In this document: one piece after another, positions 1 to 10,263 of the stretch | Layout: every line of letters starts with the position of its first letter | Numbering within the stretch: position 1 is the first letter of the stretch | Source: an uncultured Gemmatimonadales bacterium | Lineage (GTDB): Bacteria > Gemmatimonadota > Gemmatimonadetes > Gemmatimonadales > GWC2-71-9 | Direction: 5' to 3' | Assembly (NCBI GenBank): GCA_963798915.1 | Contig: CAWCVB010000003.1 | Coordinates: 32,001-96,000, forward strand | Length of the DNA: 64,000 bases | Program-made: the position numbers and the translations under genes | Notes under the pieces: model-generated | Database searches by the model: none | Told to the model about the DNA's origin: nothing | Seen by the model: the letters and a program-made list of their open reading frames with translations, nothing else

Positions 1-4
1 CGTC

Positions 5-1219
5 ATGCTTCTCGGCGGCCATGCCTACTACGAGCAGGTACGGTATGGCCTCGGAGTCACCGGCATGAGCGACCATGTGAGCTGGGGTCTGTACATCTCC
101 AACTTCACCTTCCTGGTCGGCATGGCGGCGGCGGCCATGATGCTGGTGCTGCCGGCCTATATCCTGGAAAACGTCGACTTCAGCCGCGCGGTGCTCCTGG
201 CCGAGGGGGTGGCCGTGGCCGCGCTGGTGATGTCACTCTCGTTCGTCGTGGTCGACCTGGGCAATCCGTTCGCCTCCTGGCACCTGATTCCCCGCATCGG
301 CTACCTGAACTGGCCCCGGTCGCTCCTCGCATGGGACGTGATCGTCCTGAATGGCTACCTGGCCCTGAACCTGGCGATCCCGTTCTACATCCTGTACAGC
401 CACTTCGCCGGGCGCTCGCCGCCCAAGAGCAAGTATCTCCCCTGGATGTACGTCTCAGTGATGTGGGCGGTGAGCATCCATCTGGTCACGGCGTTCCTGC
501 TCGCGGGCCTGCCGGCCCGCCCGTTCTGGAGCAGCGCGCTGCTGGGCCCCCGGTTTCTCGCCTCGGCGTTCACCGCGGGTCCGGCATTCATGATCCTGCT
601 GCTCTACTTCATCCGCAAGACGACCACGTATCCCATCGCAGAGGGCGCCTTCTCGAAGCTGGCGCTGATCACCACTGTCGCGGCGCAGATCAACCTCGTG
701 ATGCTGCTCTCGGAGCTCTTCTATGAGTTCTACTGGCCCACCCATCATGGCCTCAGCGCCTACTATCTCTTCTTCGGTCTCGATGGGCACCACGCGCTTG
801 TCCCGTGGATCCGGACGGCGGTCGCCCTCAATATCCTGGCGACATTGGCGCTCATGATTCACCCGGTGCGGCGCAACTCACGATTGCTGATGCTCGCCTG
901 TAGCACGCTGTTCGTCGCCATCTGGATCGAAAAGGGCCTGGGACTCGTGATTCCCGGTTTCATCCCCTCCCCGCTGGGTGAGATAGTCGAATACATCCCA
1001 ACGTGGGTGGAGCTGCGCGTGACAGCCGGCATCTGGGCCCTGGGTCTCTTCGTGCTCACGGTCCTGGTCCGGGTGGCGCTTCCGATCGAGCTGGGTGAGG
1101 TGCGAAGCCCATTCCAGCAGGTTCGCCACGGAGCGTCGCAGACGCGTTCGGTCGCTGCCATCCGGCCGCGCACCGCTCGTGCGAGGCAGGAGGAGGTCCC
1201 GCCGGTTCGGACCCGGTGA
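5..1219 (+). CDS. NrfD/PsrC-family membrane subunit, DsrP-like (probably 5'-truncated by window edge)
   Basis: GLGVTGMSDHVSWGLYISNFTFLVG, VVVDLGNP, SIHLVTAFL, PRFLASAF and WIEKG..PGFIPSP motifs; about 10 hydrophobic helices. Confidence 0.8.
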   Translation: MLLGGHAYYEQVRYGLGVTGMSDHVSWGLYISNFTFLVGMAAAAMMLVLPAYILENVDFSRAVLLAEGVAVAALVMSLSFVVVDLGNPFASWHLIPRIGYLNWPRSLLAWDVIVLNGYLALNLAIPFYILYSHFAGRSPPKSKYLPWMYVSVMWAVSIHLVTAFLLAGLPARPFWSSALLGPRFLASAFTAGPAFMILLLYFIRKTTTYPIAEGAFSKLALITTVAAQINLVMLLSELFYEFYWPTHHGLSAYYLFFGLDGHHALVPWIRTAVALNILATLALMIHPVRRNSRLLMLACSTLFVAIWIEKGLGLVIPGFIPSPLGEIVEYIPTWVELRVTAGIWALGLFVLTVLVRVALPIELGEVRSPFQQVRHGASQTRSVAAIRPRTARARQEEVPPVRTR

Positions 1220-1264
1220 TCCGCGAGCTGGCACACTGTTAGTCGAGGTTTCTCTTGCGAGGGT

Positions 1265-2218
1265 ATGGACATGACGCAACTCAGGCCAAACGATACTCGA
1301 TTGTCGCTCGCCGCTCTTGCCGCAGGGTTCATTGGGGGCGCTGGCGTGGCTGGCGCACTGTTTCTCGCCGGCGTGGTCCCCGCACTGGCCGGCCTGGTGG
1401 GAGTAGGTGTCTGGGTGTTGCTCGCCACCGCCATCAAGTACACCGACCAGTGGGAGAAGGCCGTGGTCCTTCGCCTCGGCCGCTACCGGGGCCTGCGAGG
1501 GCCTGGCTACTTCACCATCGTCCCGATTGTCGACCGGCTGGCCTACACCATCGATCAACGGATCCGGACCACCGCCTTCGGGGCCGAGTCGTGCCTGACC
1601 CGTGACACCGTGCCGGTCAACGTGGACGCCATCGCATTCTGGATCGTGCGTGATGCCGAGCGGGCCGCGCTGGAGGTGCAGGACTACGACGAAGCGGTCA
1701 TCCTCTCGGCGCAGACCGCCTTGCGGGATGCCATCGGCAAGCATGACCTCGCCGAGATGATCCAGGCACGGGTGGAGCTGGGTCAGGGACTCAAGGTCGC
1801 GCTGGAGCAGAAGATGGCGACGTGGGGAATTCACGTGCAGTCGGTGGAGATCCGTGACATCATCATTCCCGAGGCGCTCGAGGATGCCATGTCACGCCAG
1901 GCGCAAGCGGAGCGGGAGCGGCAGGCGCGTATCATCCTCGGCACAGCCGAAACCGAAATCGCCCACAAGTTCGTGGAAGCCGCGGACGCCTATCGCGATC
2001 ACCCCGCGGCCATGACCCTGCGGGCCATGAACATGCTCTACGAGAGCATCGCAAAGCGAGGGTCGCTCATGGTCGTGCCATCCGGGCTGGCTGATTCGCT
2101 GAACGTCCCGTCGATGATGGGCCTGATGGGTGCCACCGGACTCCTCCCGCCAGACGGCTCGGCCGGCAAATCGGCAGTGCCTGGGCGGGAGGCGACAAGC
2201 GAAACGAAGGAGCGGTAG
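1265..2218 (+). CDS. SPFH/band 7 (slipin/stomatin-like) membrane protein
   Basis: N-terminal TM; WEKAVVLRLG, TRDTVPVNVDA, AQTALRDAIG, MSRQAQAERERQAR. Confidence 0.9.
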   Translation: MDMTQLRPNDTRLSLAALAAGFIGGAGVAGALFLAGVVPALAGLVGVGVWVLLATAIKYTDQWEKAVVLRLGRYRGLRGPGYFTIVPIVDRLAYTIDQRIRTTAFGAESCLTRDTVPVNVDAIAFWIVRDAERAALEVQDYDEAVILSAQTALRDAIGKHDLAEMIQARVELGQGLKVALEQKMATWGIHVQSVEIRDIIIPEALEDAMSRQAQAERERQARIILGTAETEIAHKFVEAADAYRDHPAAMTLRAMNMLYESIAKRGSLMVVPSGLADSLNVPSMMGLMGATGLLPPDGSAGKSAVPGREATSETKER

Positions 2219-2282
2219 AGGGGGTTGCCGCTGATGGCAACGGCGGCGGGCCCGACCGTTCGTCACGGCCCAGCCTCCAGCA

Positions 2283-2657
2283 TCACTTTCGGCTGAGCAA
2301 GGCCAGCCGCACGGCGTCCACGACGATCTGCAGGTCGTCCATCTTGCTGACGAGTGGCACGCCCCGCGCCTCGATGGGTCCGTGCACTGATGGCTCGTGG
2401 GCCAGGCCCGTGAGGAACACGACGCGACTGCGCAGGCGCGGCGCCCGAGTCACCATGGCATCGTAAAGTGCCAGACCGTTCAATTCGGGCATCAGCACGT
2501 CGCACACCACGGCGTCGACCGACTCGCCATCCGCCACGATATTGATCGCTTCGGGTCCGCTCGCGGCTTCGAGCACCATCATGCCGGCCCTCTCGAGCAG
2601 CTTGCGCAGGGCCCGGCGGACCGTGGCTTCGTCGTCCACGACAAGCACGGTAGGCAT
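2283..2657 (-). CDS. Single-domain response regulator (REC)
   Basis: MPTVLVVDDE..VVCDVLMP..NG..VFLTG..SK in the 3' part of ORF 2283..3410; start moved to ATG 2657. Confidence 0.85.
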   Translation of the reverse strand: MPTVLVVDDEATVRRALRKLLERAGMMVLEAASGPEAINIVADGESVDAVVCDVLMPELNGLALYDAMVTRAPRLRSRVVFLTGLAHEPSVHGPIEARGVPLVSKMDDLQIVVDAVRLALLSRK

Positions 2658-2704
2658 CCGCCAAATACCGGTGCACCCTGCCCAGGAGTCAAGGCGGGTG
2701 CCGT

Positions 2705-2734
2705 TTGACCCCTGCTCCCGAAGTCGGCTACCTT
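2705..2734 (+). promoter_or_regulatory. Putative sigma70 promoter of tig (TTGACC-N18-TACCTT), 7 nt before the ATG (leaderless-type)
   Basis: Motifs seen directly; no Shine-Dalgarno before ATG 2742. Confidence 0.5.
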
Positions 2735-2741
2735 TCCCGCC

Positions 2742-3998
2742 ATGACGACGGAAATACTGGTCGAAAAGACCGCTGAAGACGTGGCCTCGCGTTCGCTCAA
2801 GGTGACGGTGCCGCTGGAACGGGTGCAGGCCGCCGAAGACAAGGCGCTGAAGTACTACGCCAAGCGGGCTCGCCTTCCTGGCTTCCGGCAGGGCAAGGCG
2901 CCGGAGGCCGTGGTTCGGCGCCGCTTTGGCGACGCCATCCGGCAGTCGGCACTCGAGGAAGTGGTGCGGGATGGCTGGGAAATGGCCAAGTCCAGCGAGG
3001 CGCTGGAGCCGGTGACGGAGCCCAGCGTCCGGAACCTCAAGTTCGAGGAAGGAAGCCCGGTCGAGTTCGAGCTGTTCGTGGAAGTGCGGCCATCCATCAG
3101 TCTCGAGCGGACCGGCGGCTTCAAGCTCGTGCGTACGGTCCCGACGGTTGGGGAGGAGGCCGTCGCCGACCAGCTCGAGAACATCCGCGAGCAGAAGGCA
3201 ACCTGGCTGCCGGTGGAAGGCCACAAGCCCACCCCAGGCCAGATGGTCCAGCTGGAGGTCACGGCGCTCGACGGGGAGGGCGCGGCCGAGGCCCAGCCCC
3301 ATTCGCTGGTCCTGGGCGAGCAGCGCGCGGTTCCGGACCTCGAGGAGCTGGTGATGCAGCTCCTGCCGGGTGAGACGCGCGAGGGTGAAATCCGCTTCCC
3401 CGACGATCACCCGGATGAGGCGCGGCGGGGACAGTCACGCAAGGTGCGGGTCACCCTGCTCGACGTGAAGCGGAAGGAGCTGCCGGACCTCAGTGACGAG
3501 CTGGCGCGGGAAGTCGGGGAGTTCGAGTCGCTGGAGCAGCTCCGGAGCGCCATCACCGAAGACCTGACGCGCGAAGCCAGCCGCGAGGCTGACGCCCGGC
3601 TGCGTGATGACCTCATCCGCCAGATTGCCGAGGCCAACAACGTCCCTGCCCCCGAGTCGCTGGTGCACCGGGTGATGCATGCCTACGCCCACGGCTACAA
3701 CATTCCCGAGACCGAGTTCGCGTCCTTTGAGGCGCAGTTCCGGCCCATCGCCGAGGCCACCGTGCGCCGCGACCTCATCCTGAGCGCGGTGTTGGAACAG
3801 GGTCAGCTGCGAGCCACCGAGGAGGAAATGGACGCCCGCGTGGCGGAGATGGCCAAAGCGCGGGGCGTGGAAACGGGACAGCTCTACGCCGGCCTGCAGA
3901 AGGCCAATCGCCTGCCCGAGATCGAGCGGGCGCTCACCGAGGAGAAGGTCTTTGCTCATCTCCTCGCGCAATCCACCGTTGACGAAAAGACGGACTGA
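2742..3998 (+). CDS. tig: Trigger factor
   Basis: [10 protein letters not shown] ribosome-binding motif, FKBP-like middle domain, upstream of clpP-clpX. Confidence 0.95.
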   Translation: MTTEILVEKTAEDVASRSLKVTVPLERVQAAEDKALKYYAKRARLPGFRQGKAPEAVVRRRFGDAIRQSALEEVVRDGWEMAKSSEALEPVTEPSVRNLKFEEGSPVEFELFVEVRPSISLERTGGFKLVRTVPTVGEEAVADQLENIREQKATWLPVEGHKPTPGQMVQLEVTALDGEGAAEAQPHSLVLGEQRAVPDLEELVMQLLPGETREGEIRFPDDHPDEARRGQSRKVRVTLLDVKRKELPDLSDELAREVGEFESLEQLRSAITEDLTREASREADARLRDDLIRQIAEANNVPAPESLVHRVMHAYAHGYNIPETEFASFEAQFRPIAEATVRRDLILSAVLEQGQLRATEEEMDARVAEMAKARGVETGQLYAGLQKANRLPEIERALTEEKVFAHLLAQSTVDEKTD

Positions 3999-4002
3999 CC
4001 TG

Positions 4003-4611
4003 ATGGCCACGATCTACCCGCCGTACATCATCGAACGGTCGAGCCGCGGCGAGCGGACTTACGACATCTTCTCACGCCTGCTGATGGACCGCATCGTCTT
4101 CCTCGGCGCGCCCATCAACGATGATGTGTCCAACATCATCATCGCGCAGCTGCTCTTTCTCGAGGCCGACAATCCCGAGAAGGACATTTACCTGTACATC
4201 AACTCGCCGGGCGGGGTGGTCTCGTCGGGGATGGCGATCTACGACACGATGCAGCACCTGCGGGCCCCGGTCAACACGATCTGCATGGGCCTGGCCGCGT
4301 CCATGGCGTCCTTCCTGCTGGCCGCCGGCACCGCGGGCAAGCGCAGCGCCCTGCCCCATTCCCGCATCATGATCCACCAGCCGTCGGGCGGGGCCCAGGG
4401 CACCGCTGCCGACATCGAGATCCAGGCCCGGGAGATCCTGTACCTGCGGTCCAAGCTCAACGACCTGTATGCCCGCCACACCGGCCAGCCGATCGAGACC
4501 ATCGAGCGGGACATGGATCGCGACCGGTTCATGAGCGCCGATGAGGCCAAGGCCTACGGCCTTATCGACAGTGTCTTTACGCCCCGGCGGGAGCTGGTCC
4601 CCAAGGCTTGA
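4003..4611 (+). CDS. clpP: ATP-dependent Clp protease proteolytic subunit
   Basis: [23 protein letters not shown] (catalytic Ser), IMIHQP, DRDRFM; start at ATG 4003. Confidence 0.97.
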   Translation: MATIYPPYIIERSSRGERTYDIFSRLLMDRIVFLGAPINDDVSNIIIAQLLFLEADNPEKDIYLYINSPGGVVSSGMAIYDTMQHLRAPVNTICMGLAASMASFLLAAGTAGKRSALPHSRIMIHQPSGGAQGTAADIEIQAREILYLRSKLNDLYARHTGQPIETIERDMDRDRFMSADEAKAYGLIDSVFTPRRELVPKA

Positions 4612-4692
4612 CGCCGGACCATGCGGGTGGCCACCTTATGGGTGGCTCCCCTTTTGCAGTGTCAGGATTTTCCAGTTTTCACAAGCGGGCCC

Positions 4693-5940
4693 ATGTCGAA
4701 CGATAAGCACCTTCGTTGCTCCTTCTGTGGCAAGAGCAAGGACTCGGTCCGGAAGTTCATTTCCGGTCCGTCCGTTTACATCTGCAACGAATGCATCACC
4801 CTCTGCAATGAGATCCTTGCCGAGGACGAAGAACGCGAAGTTGCCGATAACATCACCCAGGTCCCGACGCCGCAGGAGCTGAAGGACGTCCTGGACCAGT
4901 ACGTGATCGGCCAGGACACCGCCAAGCGGGCCCTGGCCGTTGCCGTGTACAACCATTACAAGCGGATCAATGCCCAGAGCGGCCGGGATTCCGACGTCGA
5001 GCTGGACAAGTCCAATATCCTGCTCATCGGGCCCACCGGCACCGGCAAGACGCTGCTGGCCCAGACCCTCGCCCGCATCCTCGATGTCCCGTTCACCATC
5101 GCCGACGCCACCACCCTGACCGAAGCCGGCTATGTCGGCGAGGATGTGGAGAATATCCTGGTCCGGCTGCTGCAGGCGGGCGAGTTCAACGTGGCCGAGT
5201 GCGAGCGCGGCATTGTCTATATCGACGAAATCGACAAGATCGCGCGGAAGAGCGAGAACCCCAGCATCACGCGTGACGTCTCGGGCGAGGGAGTCCAGCA
5301 GGCGCTGCTCAAGATCCTGGAGGGCACCATCGCGAGCGTGCCGCCACAGGGCGGCCGGAAGCATCCCCAGCAGGAATACATCCAGATCAATACGCGCGAC
5401 ATCCTGTTCATCTGCGGCGGCGCCTTTGACGGCCTCGAAAAGATCATCGAGACCCGGACCGGCCGCCAGCAGATCGGTTTCGCCAACGCGACGCGTGGCC
5501 CCCGCGCCGGGGTCAACGAGAAGGACCCCTTCGCCGATGTCGAGCCGGATGACCTCCTGCGCTTCGGGCTCATTCCCGAACTGGTTGGCCGCCTTCCCGT
5601 CTCGGTGCCGCTGCAGTCGCTCGATGAAGAGGCGCTGGTGCGCATCCTGCTCGAGCCGAAGAATGCGCTCACCAAGCAATACAAGAAATTGTTCGAACTC
5701 GAGAATGTCGGGCTGACCTTTGATCCCGAGGCGCTGCGCGCCGTGGCGACGAAGGCGCTCAAGCGCGGCACTGGCGCGCGCGGGCTCCGAAGCATTCTCG
5801 AAACCCTCATGACGGACATCATGTTCGACCTGCCCACCCGGGACGATGTGCGCGAGGTGGTCATCACCCGCGAGTCCGTCACCGAAGGCACCCAACCGCT
5901 GATCGTGACCGAGCGTCCGCGCGCCAAGCGCGAGGCGTGA
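4693..5940 (+). CDS. clpX: Clp protease ATP-binding subunit ClpX
   Basis: CSFCGK..CNEC zinc finger, [27 protein letters not shown] loop; start at ATG 4693. Confidence 0.97.
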   Translation: MSNDKHLRCSFCGKSKDSVRKFISGPSVYICNECITLCNEILAEDEEREVADNITQVPTPQELKDVLDQYVIGQDTAKRALAVAVYNHYKRINAQSGRDSDVELDKSNILLIGPTGTGKTLLAQTLARILDVPFTIADATTLTEAGYVGEDVENILVRLLQAGEFNVAECERGIVYIDEIDKIARKSENPSITRDVSGEGVQQALLKILEGTIASVPPQGGRKHPQQEYIQINTRDILFICGGAFDGLEKIIETRTGRQQIGFANATRGPRAGVNEKDPFADVEPDDLLRFGLIPELVGRLPVSVPLQSLDEEALVRILLEPKNALTKQYKKLFELENVGLTFDPEALRAVATKALKRGTGARGLRSILETLMTDIMFDLPTRDDVREVVITRESVTEGTQPLIVTERPRAKREA

Positions 5941-6533
5941 GCTCAGCCCTTGGCGGACTGCCGGTCGCGTTCGTCGGCTCCTTTCCTGACCCGGACGTCC
6001 CGCTCGATCCACCGCTGCCCGAAATCGCCTTTGTCGGTCGTTCCAACGTCGGCAAGTCCAGCCTGCTGAACGCGCTTACCGGCCAGGCCGGCCTGGCCCG
6101 TGTCAGTGGCACGCCTGGCAAGACCACCTTGGTGAACGTCTTTCGCCTGCCGGAGTTCTACCTGGTTGACTTGCCCGGCTACGGCTACGCGCGTGCCAGC
6201 CACTCGGAGCGGCAACGCTATCGGACGCTCCTGTCGGGCTATCTGGAGGGCCGCAGCCGCCTGGCGGGGGTCGTCTGGCTGCTCGACCTGCGCCACCCAC
6301 CTTCCAGCGAGGACCTCGCCATGCAGCAGCTCCTGATCGGTGCAGGGCGGGCCACCCTCGCCGTCTTCACCAAGGCAGACAAATTTCCCCATGCGCAGCG
6401 GCTCAGCCGGGAGCGCGAACTGGCAGCGGCCTTGGGCTTGCAGGATGACCAGGTGCAGGTCGTGAGCAGCCGCTCAGGGCTTGGAATTGCCGAGCTGGGC
6501 GAGAGTATCCTGATGGCAGGAGGACGGTCATGA
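5937..6533 (+). CDS. engB: Ribosome biogenesis GTPase YihA/YsxC
   Basis: [25 protein letters not shown]; overlaps the clpX stop. Confidence 0.93.
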   Translation: MSSALGGLPVAFVGSFPDPDVPLDPPLPEIAFVGRSNVGKSSLLNALTGQAGLARVSGTPGKTTLVNVFRLPEFYLVDLPGYGYARASHSERQRYRTLLSGYLEGRSRLAGVVWLLDLRHPPSSEDLAMQQLLIGAGRATLAVFTKADKFPHAQRLSRERELAAALGLQDDQVQVVSSRSGLGIAELGESILMAGGRS

Positions 6534-7129
6534 GGCAGGTCTACCTGGCGGGCCTCCTGGTGCTATGCGCCAGCGGCGCCCACGCCCAGAATCCGCCCCA
6601 TTCCGCGGCGGCCGACAGTACTGCGCCGCGGCTCTATGGCCGTCTCAATCAAAGCGACATTGCGATCCGCTTGCGGAACGACGAACTGGAATTGCGGTTC
6701 GTGCCGCTCGACCCGAGGCTGATGGGGCTCCTCGCCGAGGACGGGGCGAAGGCGCTCGAACGGCTGGTGTCGAGCCGGCGTCCGGCGATCGACTCCGCCG
6801 GCCGCGACGCCGGCGTCTCCGAACCGGGTCTGGCGCTGGTCAATTTCTTTGGGCTGAAGGATGGCGTGCGGTTCGACCCGCAGCTGCTCACCATCTTCGT
6901 GCGTGGACGGTTGCTGCGGCCCATGGCCATCGTGGGCATGAGTCCCCGCTTCGGCAGCGGGCAACTCGCCGCCCGCGAGTCGGTGATGGCGATCTACCTC
7001 TACGAGGAATCGCTACCGGTGTGGGATCCCTTCCAGCTCATGTATGGCGCCCTGACCTCGGCCGACTGGGACCAGCGCCTGCCGCTGCTCCAGCGTGAAC
7101 GCCAGCGGCTTCAGGGGCAGACGCCCTGA
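6530..7129 (+). CDS. Hypothetical exported protein
   Basis: Signal peptide ending AHA-Q; ATGA overlap with engB; SD AGGAGG. Confidence 0.7.
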   Translation: MRQVYLAGLLVLCASGAHAQNPPHSAAADSTAPRLYGRLNQSDIAIRLRNDELELRFVPLDPRLMGLLAEDGAKALERLVSSRRPAIDSAGRDAGVSEPGLALVNFFGLKDGVRFDPQLLTIFVRGRLLRPMAIVGMSPRFGSGQLAARESVMAIYLYEESLPVWDPFQLMYGALTSADWDQRLPLLQRERQRLQGQTP

Positions 7130-7258
7130 GGTGACATGCCGCCGCCGGACGGCCGGCGAGCCGGCTGGCTTCCCCGACCTTGCGATGACCTGCTCGCCAC
7201 GCCCTCTGCCCCGCCGTACCCGCCCCGGGCTAGTTTCCGCCATTCCCCTGGAGGATCC

Positions 7259-8104
7259 ATGACGCAGCAACCCCTGCGTAACCTGAGCCTGCCCGAGGCG
7301 GATCGCCGCGCCATGTCCGACTGGCTCGCCCAGCTGGACGATCAGCTGAGCGCCGAGGATGCCGACTGGGGCCGCATTGCCCGGGACACGCTGCTGCAGA
7401 TCTATTATCCTGGCGTCAGCGACTACGAGGAGCGCATCGCCGACCCGTCCCTGCCGCCCGCCGCGCGGCTGGCCCTCCGCGCGCTCGATCCCCACGCCGT
7501 CACGCTCGAGCCCGAGTACTACGCCGATGTCGATCCGGTGCGATTCGCCCGCGTCAAGCCATTACTCTGGCTCTGGTATTCGTTCGACCGCTCCCCGCTC
7601 GGTGGCCAGAACGTGGACCTGGGCGTGCAGTTCCGCCGGGTGCTCGCGCCCCATGTGTTCGCGCGCTGCGGGCGCAATTTCAAGTGTTTCCAGCACGTGG
7701 AGTTCTCGTTCGGGTACAACCTGGAGGTCGGCGACGACTGTGTGATTCACCGCCACGTGCTGCTGGATGATCGGGGCGGCATCCGGCTCGGCAACCGGGT
7801 CAGCATCTCCGATTATGCGAACATCTACAGCCATACCCACAGCATCGTGGACCAGAAGGATGTGACCAGCGTCGGCACGCGGCTCGAGGATGATGTCCGC
7901 GTCACCTATCACGCGACCGTGCTGGCCGGCGTGCACGTGGGAGCCAATGGCATGGTGGGCGCGATGGCAGTCGCCACCAAGGACGTGCGGGCCTGGCACG
8001 TGAACGTGGGCATTCCGGCAAAGTCGGTCCGGGTCAAGCCCAATGCGCCGCCAGAGGCATACGTGACCGAGCGCGTCGCGCGGCACGGGGAGTCGGGCAG
8101 CTGA
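7259..8104 (+). CDS. Hexapeptide-repeat (left-handed beta-helix) acyltransferase
   Basis: VGDDCVI, LGNRVSI, LEDDVRV, VGANGMVGA, GIPAK; SD GGAGG before ATG 7259. Confidence 0.85.
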   Translation: MTQQPLRNLSLPEADRRAMSDWLAQLDDQLSAEDADWGRIARDTLLQIYYPGVSDYEERIADPSLPPAARLALRALDPHAVTLEPEYYADVDPVRFARVKPLLWLWYSFDRSPLGGQNVDLGVQFRRVLAPHVFARCGRNFKCFQHVEFSFGYNLEVGDDCVIHRHVLLDDRGGIRLGNRVSISDYANIYSHTHSIVDQKDVTSVGTRLEDDVRVTYHATVLAGVHVGANGMVGAMAVATKDVRAWHVNVGIPAKSVRVKPNAPPEAYVTERVARHGESGS

Positions 8105-8136
8105 AGCGCCGGCGGCGGATCCGGCTGCCGGCGGCC

Positions 8137-10263
8137 GTGCTGGCGATCCTGGCGAGCGTGCTGCTTGCCCTGACCGAGCTCGTCTTCATTCACGAGACCG
8201 GCATTTCCTGGTGGTCGGTGGTGGTGGTGCCAATGTCGGCTGCCTTGGTCGTGCTGGGAGTGCGGGTCCGCCGCACCGAAGCACGCATGAAGCGCCTCGA
8301 GCGGCAGCGCGAGGAACTGGCTGGTCAGTTGGAGCACCGCATCAGCGAGCTGTTCACGCTTCGCGAGCTGGGCTACGTCCTCTCCGATTCCTTTCAGGCC
8401 GAACGGATCGTGGAGCAGGTGGTGCGCTACCTGGATCGCTTCGTGCAGGCCGAGGGCGTCATGGTGGTGCTGGTTGAGGACCCGCGGTGGCTGCGCGTGG
8501 TGGCCGCGCAGGGAAGCCTGGCCGCGGCGAAAGGCCGCCGCATTCCGCGGAGCGATGTTTCGCTGGTCACCGCCGCCCTCGATCGAGGCCGCATCGAGGT
8601 GGAGCACCGGCTTGATGCGCCCGAGGTCCGGGTGCTCTATGACCTGAAGGCGCACTCAGCCGCCGTCGTGCCGCTGCGATCCCGGGACGAGACGCTCGGC
8701 GCCATCGCGGTCACCGATCATCCCGGCGGGCCCTTCAGCACCGAGGACCTCTGGCTGCTGTCCACCGTGGCCACGAGCGCGTCGGTGGTGCTCGCCAACA
8801 GCCAGCTCTTTGCCAAGGTCGAGCACGGCCGGCTCCAGTGGGAAACCGCGTTCGATGCCATGCGCGAAGGCATTGCGGTGCTCAATCCAGACGGCACCAT
8901 CCAGCGCTCCAACCGGGCGCTCGCGTCCATGGCACGGGCGGAGCCGGCACAGCTGCAGGGCAAGCCGTTTGCACCGCTGCTGTTCGACGATCCCGCGCCG
9001 GCCCTGGCCTACATGCGCCAGGTGCAGTCGGCGGGCAGCGCCAAGACTCCGGGAGCGACAGCGGGCCGCCAGGGCGGACTACTGCGCCTGACGCTGGCGC
9101 CACTGGGCGGCGCGTTCGGGCACGGGGCGATGGTGGCGCTGGTCGAGGACGTCACGGTGCAGCGCGCCATGGAAGCGCAGCTGATCCAGAGTGAAAAGAT
9201 GGCCGCCATCGGCCAGCTGGTCTCAGGCGTCGCGCACGAGCTGAACAACCCGCTGACTTCCATCGCCGGCCTCGCGGAACTGCTGCTGGAACGCGAGCCG
9301 CTGGCCGATTCGCCACGCCAGCATGTGCGCATCATTCACGATCAGGCAGAGCGAGCCGGCCGCATCGTGCGCAACCTGCTCACCTTTGCGCGCAAGGAAA
9401 CCACCCAGAAGGCGCTGGTGGACCTCAACGACGTGATCGGCCGCACGTCGTCGCTGGTAGCGTACGATCTCCGGCTGCGCGAGGTCGAGCTGGACAACCA
9501 GCTCTCGGGTGAACCAGTCGTGATTCATGGCGACCCGCACGAATTGCAGCAGGTACTGCTCAACCTTCTCACGAATGCCATCCAAGCGTTGGCGGCGCTG
9601 CCGCCGGGCCGGCGGCGCTGCATCACGCTTCGCACCTCCCGACGCGACGGCAACGCCGTGCTGGAAGTCTGCGATTCCGGCGACGGCGTGCGAGATGAGC
9701 ATCGGGTCAGGCTCTTCACGCCCTTCTTCACGACCAAGCCCGCCGGTCAGGGCACCGGCCTGGGGCTTTCCCTCAGTTACGGGATTGCCAAGGCACACGG
9801 CGGCAGCCTGAGTTATGAGCGCGCTCCCAATGGCGGCGCCAATTTCGTGCTGGCGCTGCCGCTGGCTGAGGCTCAAGTGAGTGACATGCCGGGCTCGACG
9901 ACGCGTCACATCCTGGTCGCGGGTCAGGATCCAGCCATTCAGCGTCTGGTGAGCGCGCTTTTCGCCCCCGACGGCCATGTGGTGGATGCAGCGCCCGAGC
10001 TGCGACACCTGCGCGCGCTTCTGGATGTCCGGGAGTATGACCTGGTGGTTGCCGATGGCGAGTCGCTGGCGGATCAGGACATGCCGATGGTCACGCTGCT
10101 CCAGCGCGTCCGGCCGACATGGGCTGGCCGCACGGTCGTGATCGGCGGCAGCCCGGGTCGGGCCGATGCGAACCCGGCGCGCTGCCTCGCCAAGCCGCTC
10201 GATGTCCGGCTGCTGCGCCAACTGGCCGAGCAGATCTTCGAGCAGGGCAACCTGCCGGGCTAG
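8137..10263 (+). CDS. Membrane hybrid sensor histidine kinase (GAF, PAS, HisKA, HATPase, degenerate REC)
   Basis: SEKMAAIGQLVSGVAHELNNPL, QVLLNLLTNA, FTPFFTTK, GTGLGLS. Confidence 0.92.
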   Translation: MLAILASVLLALTELVFIHETGISWWSVVVVPMSAALVVLGVRVRRTEARMKRLERQREELAGQLEHRISELFTLRELGYVLSDSFQAERIVEQVVRYLDRFVQAEGVMVVLVEDPRWLRVVAAQGSLAAAKGRRIPRSDVSLVTAALDRGRIEVEHRLDAPEVRVLYDLKAHSAAVVPLRSRDETLGAIAVTDHPGGPFSTEDLWLLSTVATSASVVLANSQLFAKVEHGRLQWETAFDAMREGIAVLNPDGTIQRSNRALASMARAEPAQLQGKPFAPLLFDDPAPALAYMRQVQSAGSAKTPGATAGRQGGLLRLTLAPLGGAFGHGAMVALVEDVTVQRAMEAQLIQSEKMAAIGQLVSGVAHELNNPLTSIAGLAELLLEREPLADSPRQHVRIIHDQAERAGRIVRNLLTFARKETTQKALVDLNDVIGRTSSLVAYDLRLREVELDNQLSGEPVVIHGDPHELQQVLLNLLTNAIQALAALPPGRRRCITLRTSRRDGNAVLEVCDSGDGVRDEHRVRLFTPFFTTKPAGQGTGLGLSLSYGIAKAHGGSLSYERAPNGGANFVLALPLAEAQVSDMPGSTTRHILVAGQDPAIQRLVSALFAPDGHVVDAAPELRHLRALLDVREYDLVVADGESLADQDMPMVTLLQRVRPTWAGRTVVIGGSPGRADANPARCLAKPLDVRLLRQLAEQIFEQGNLPG

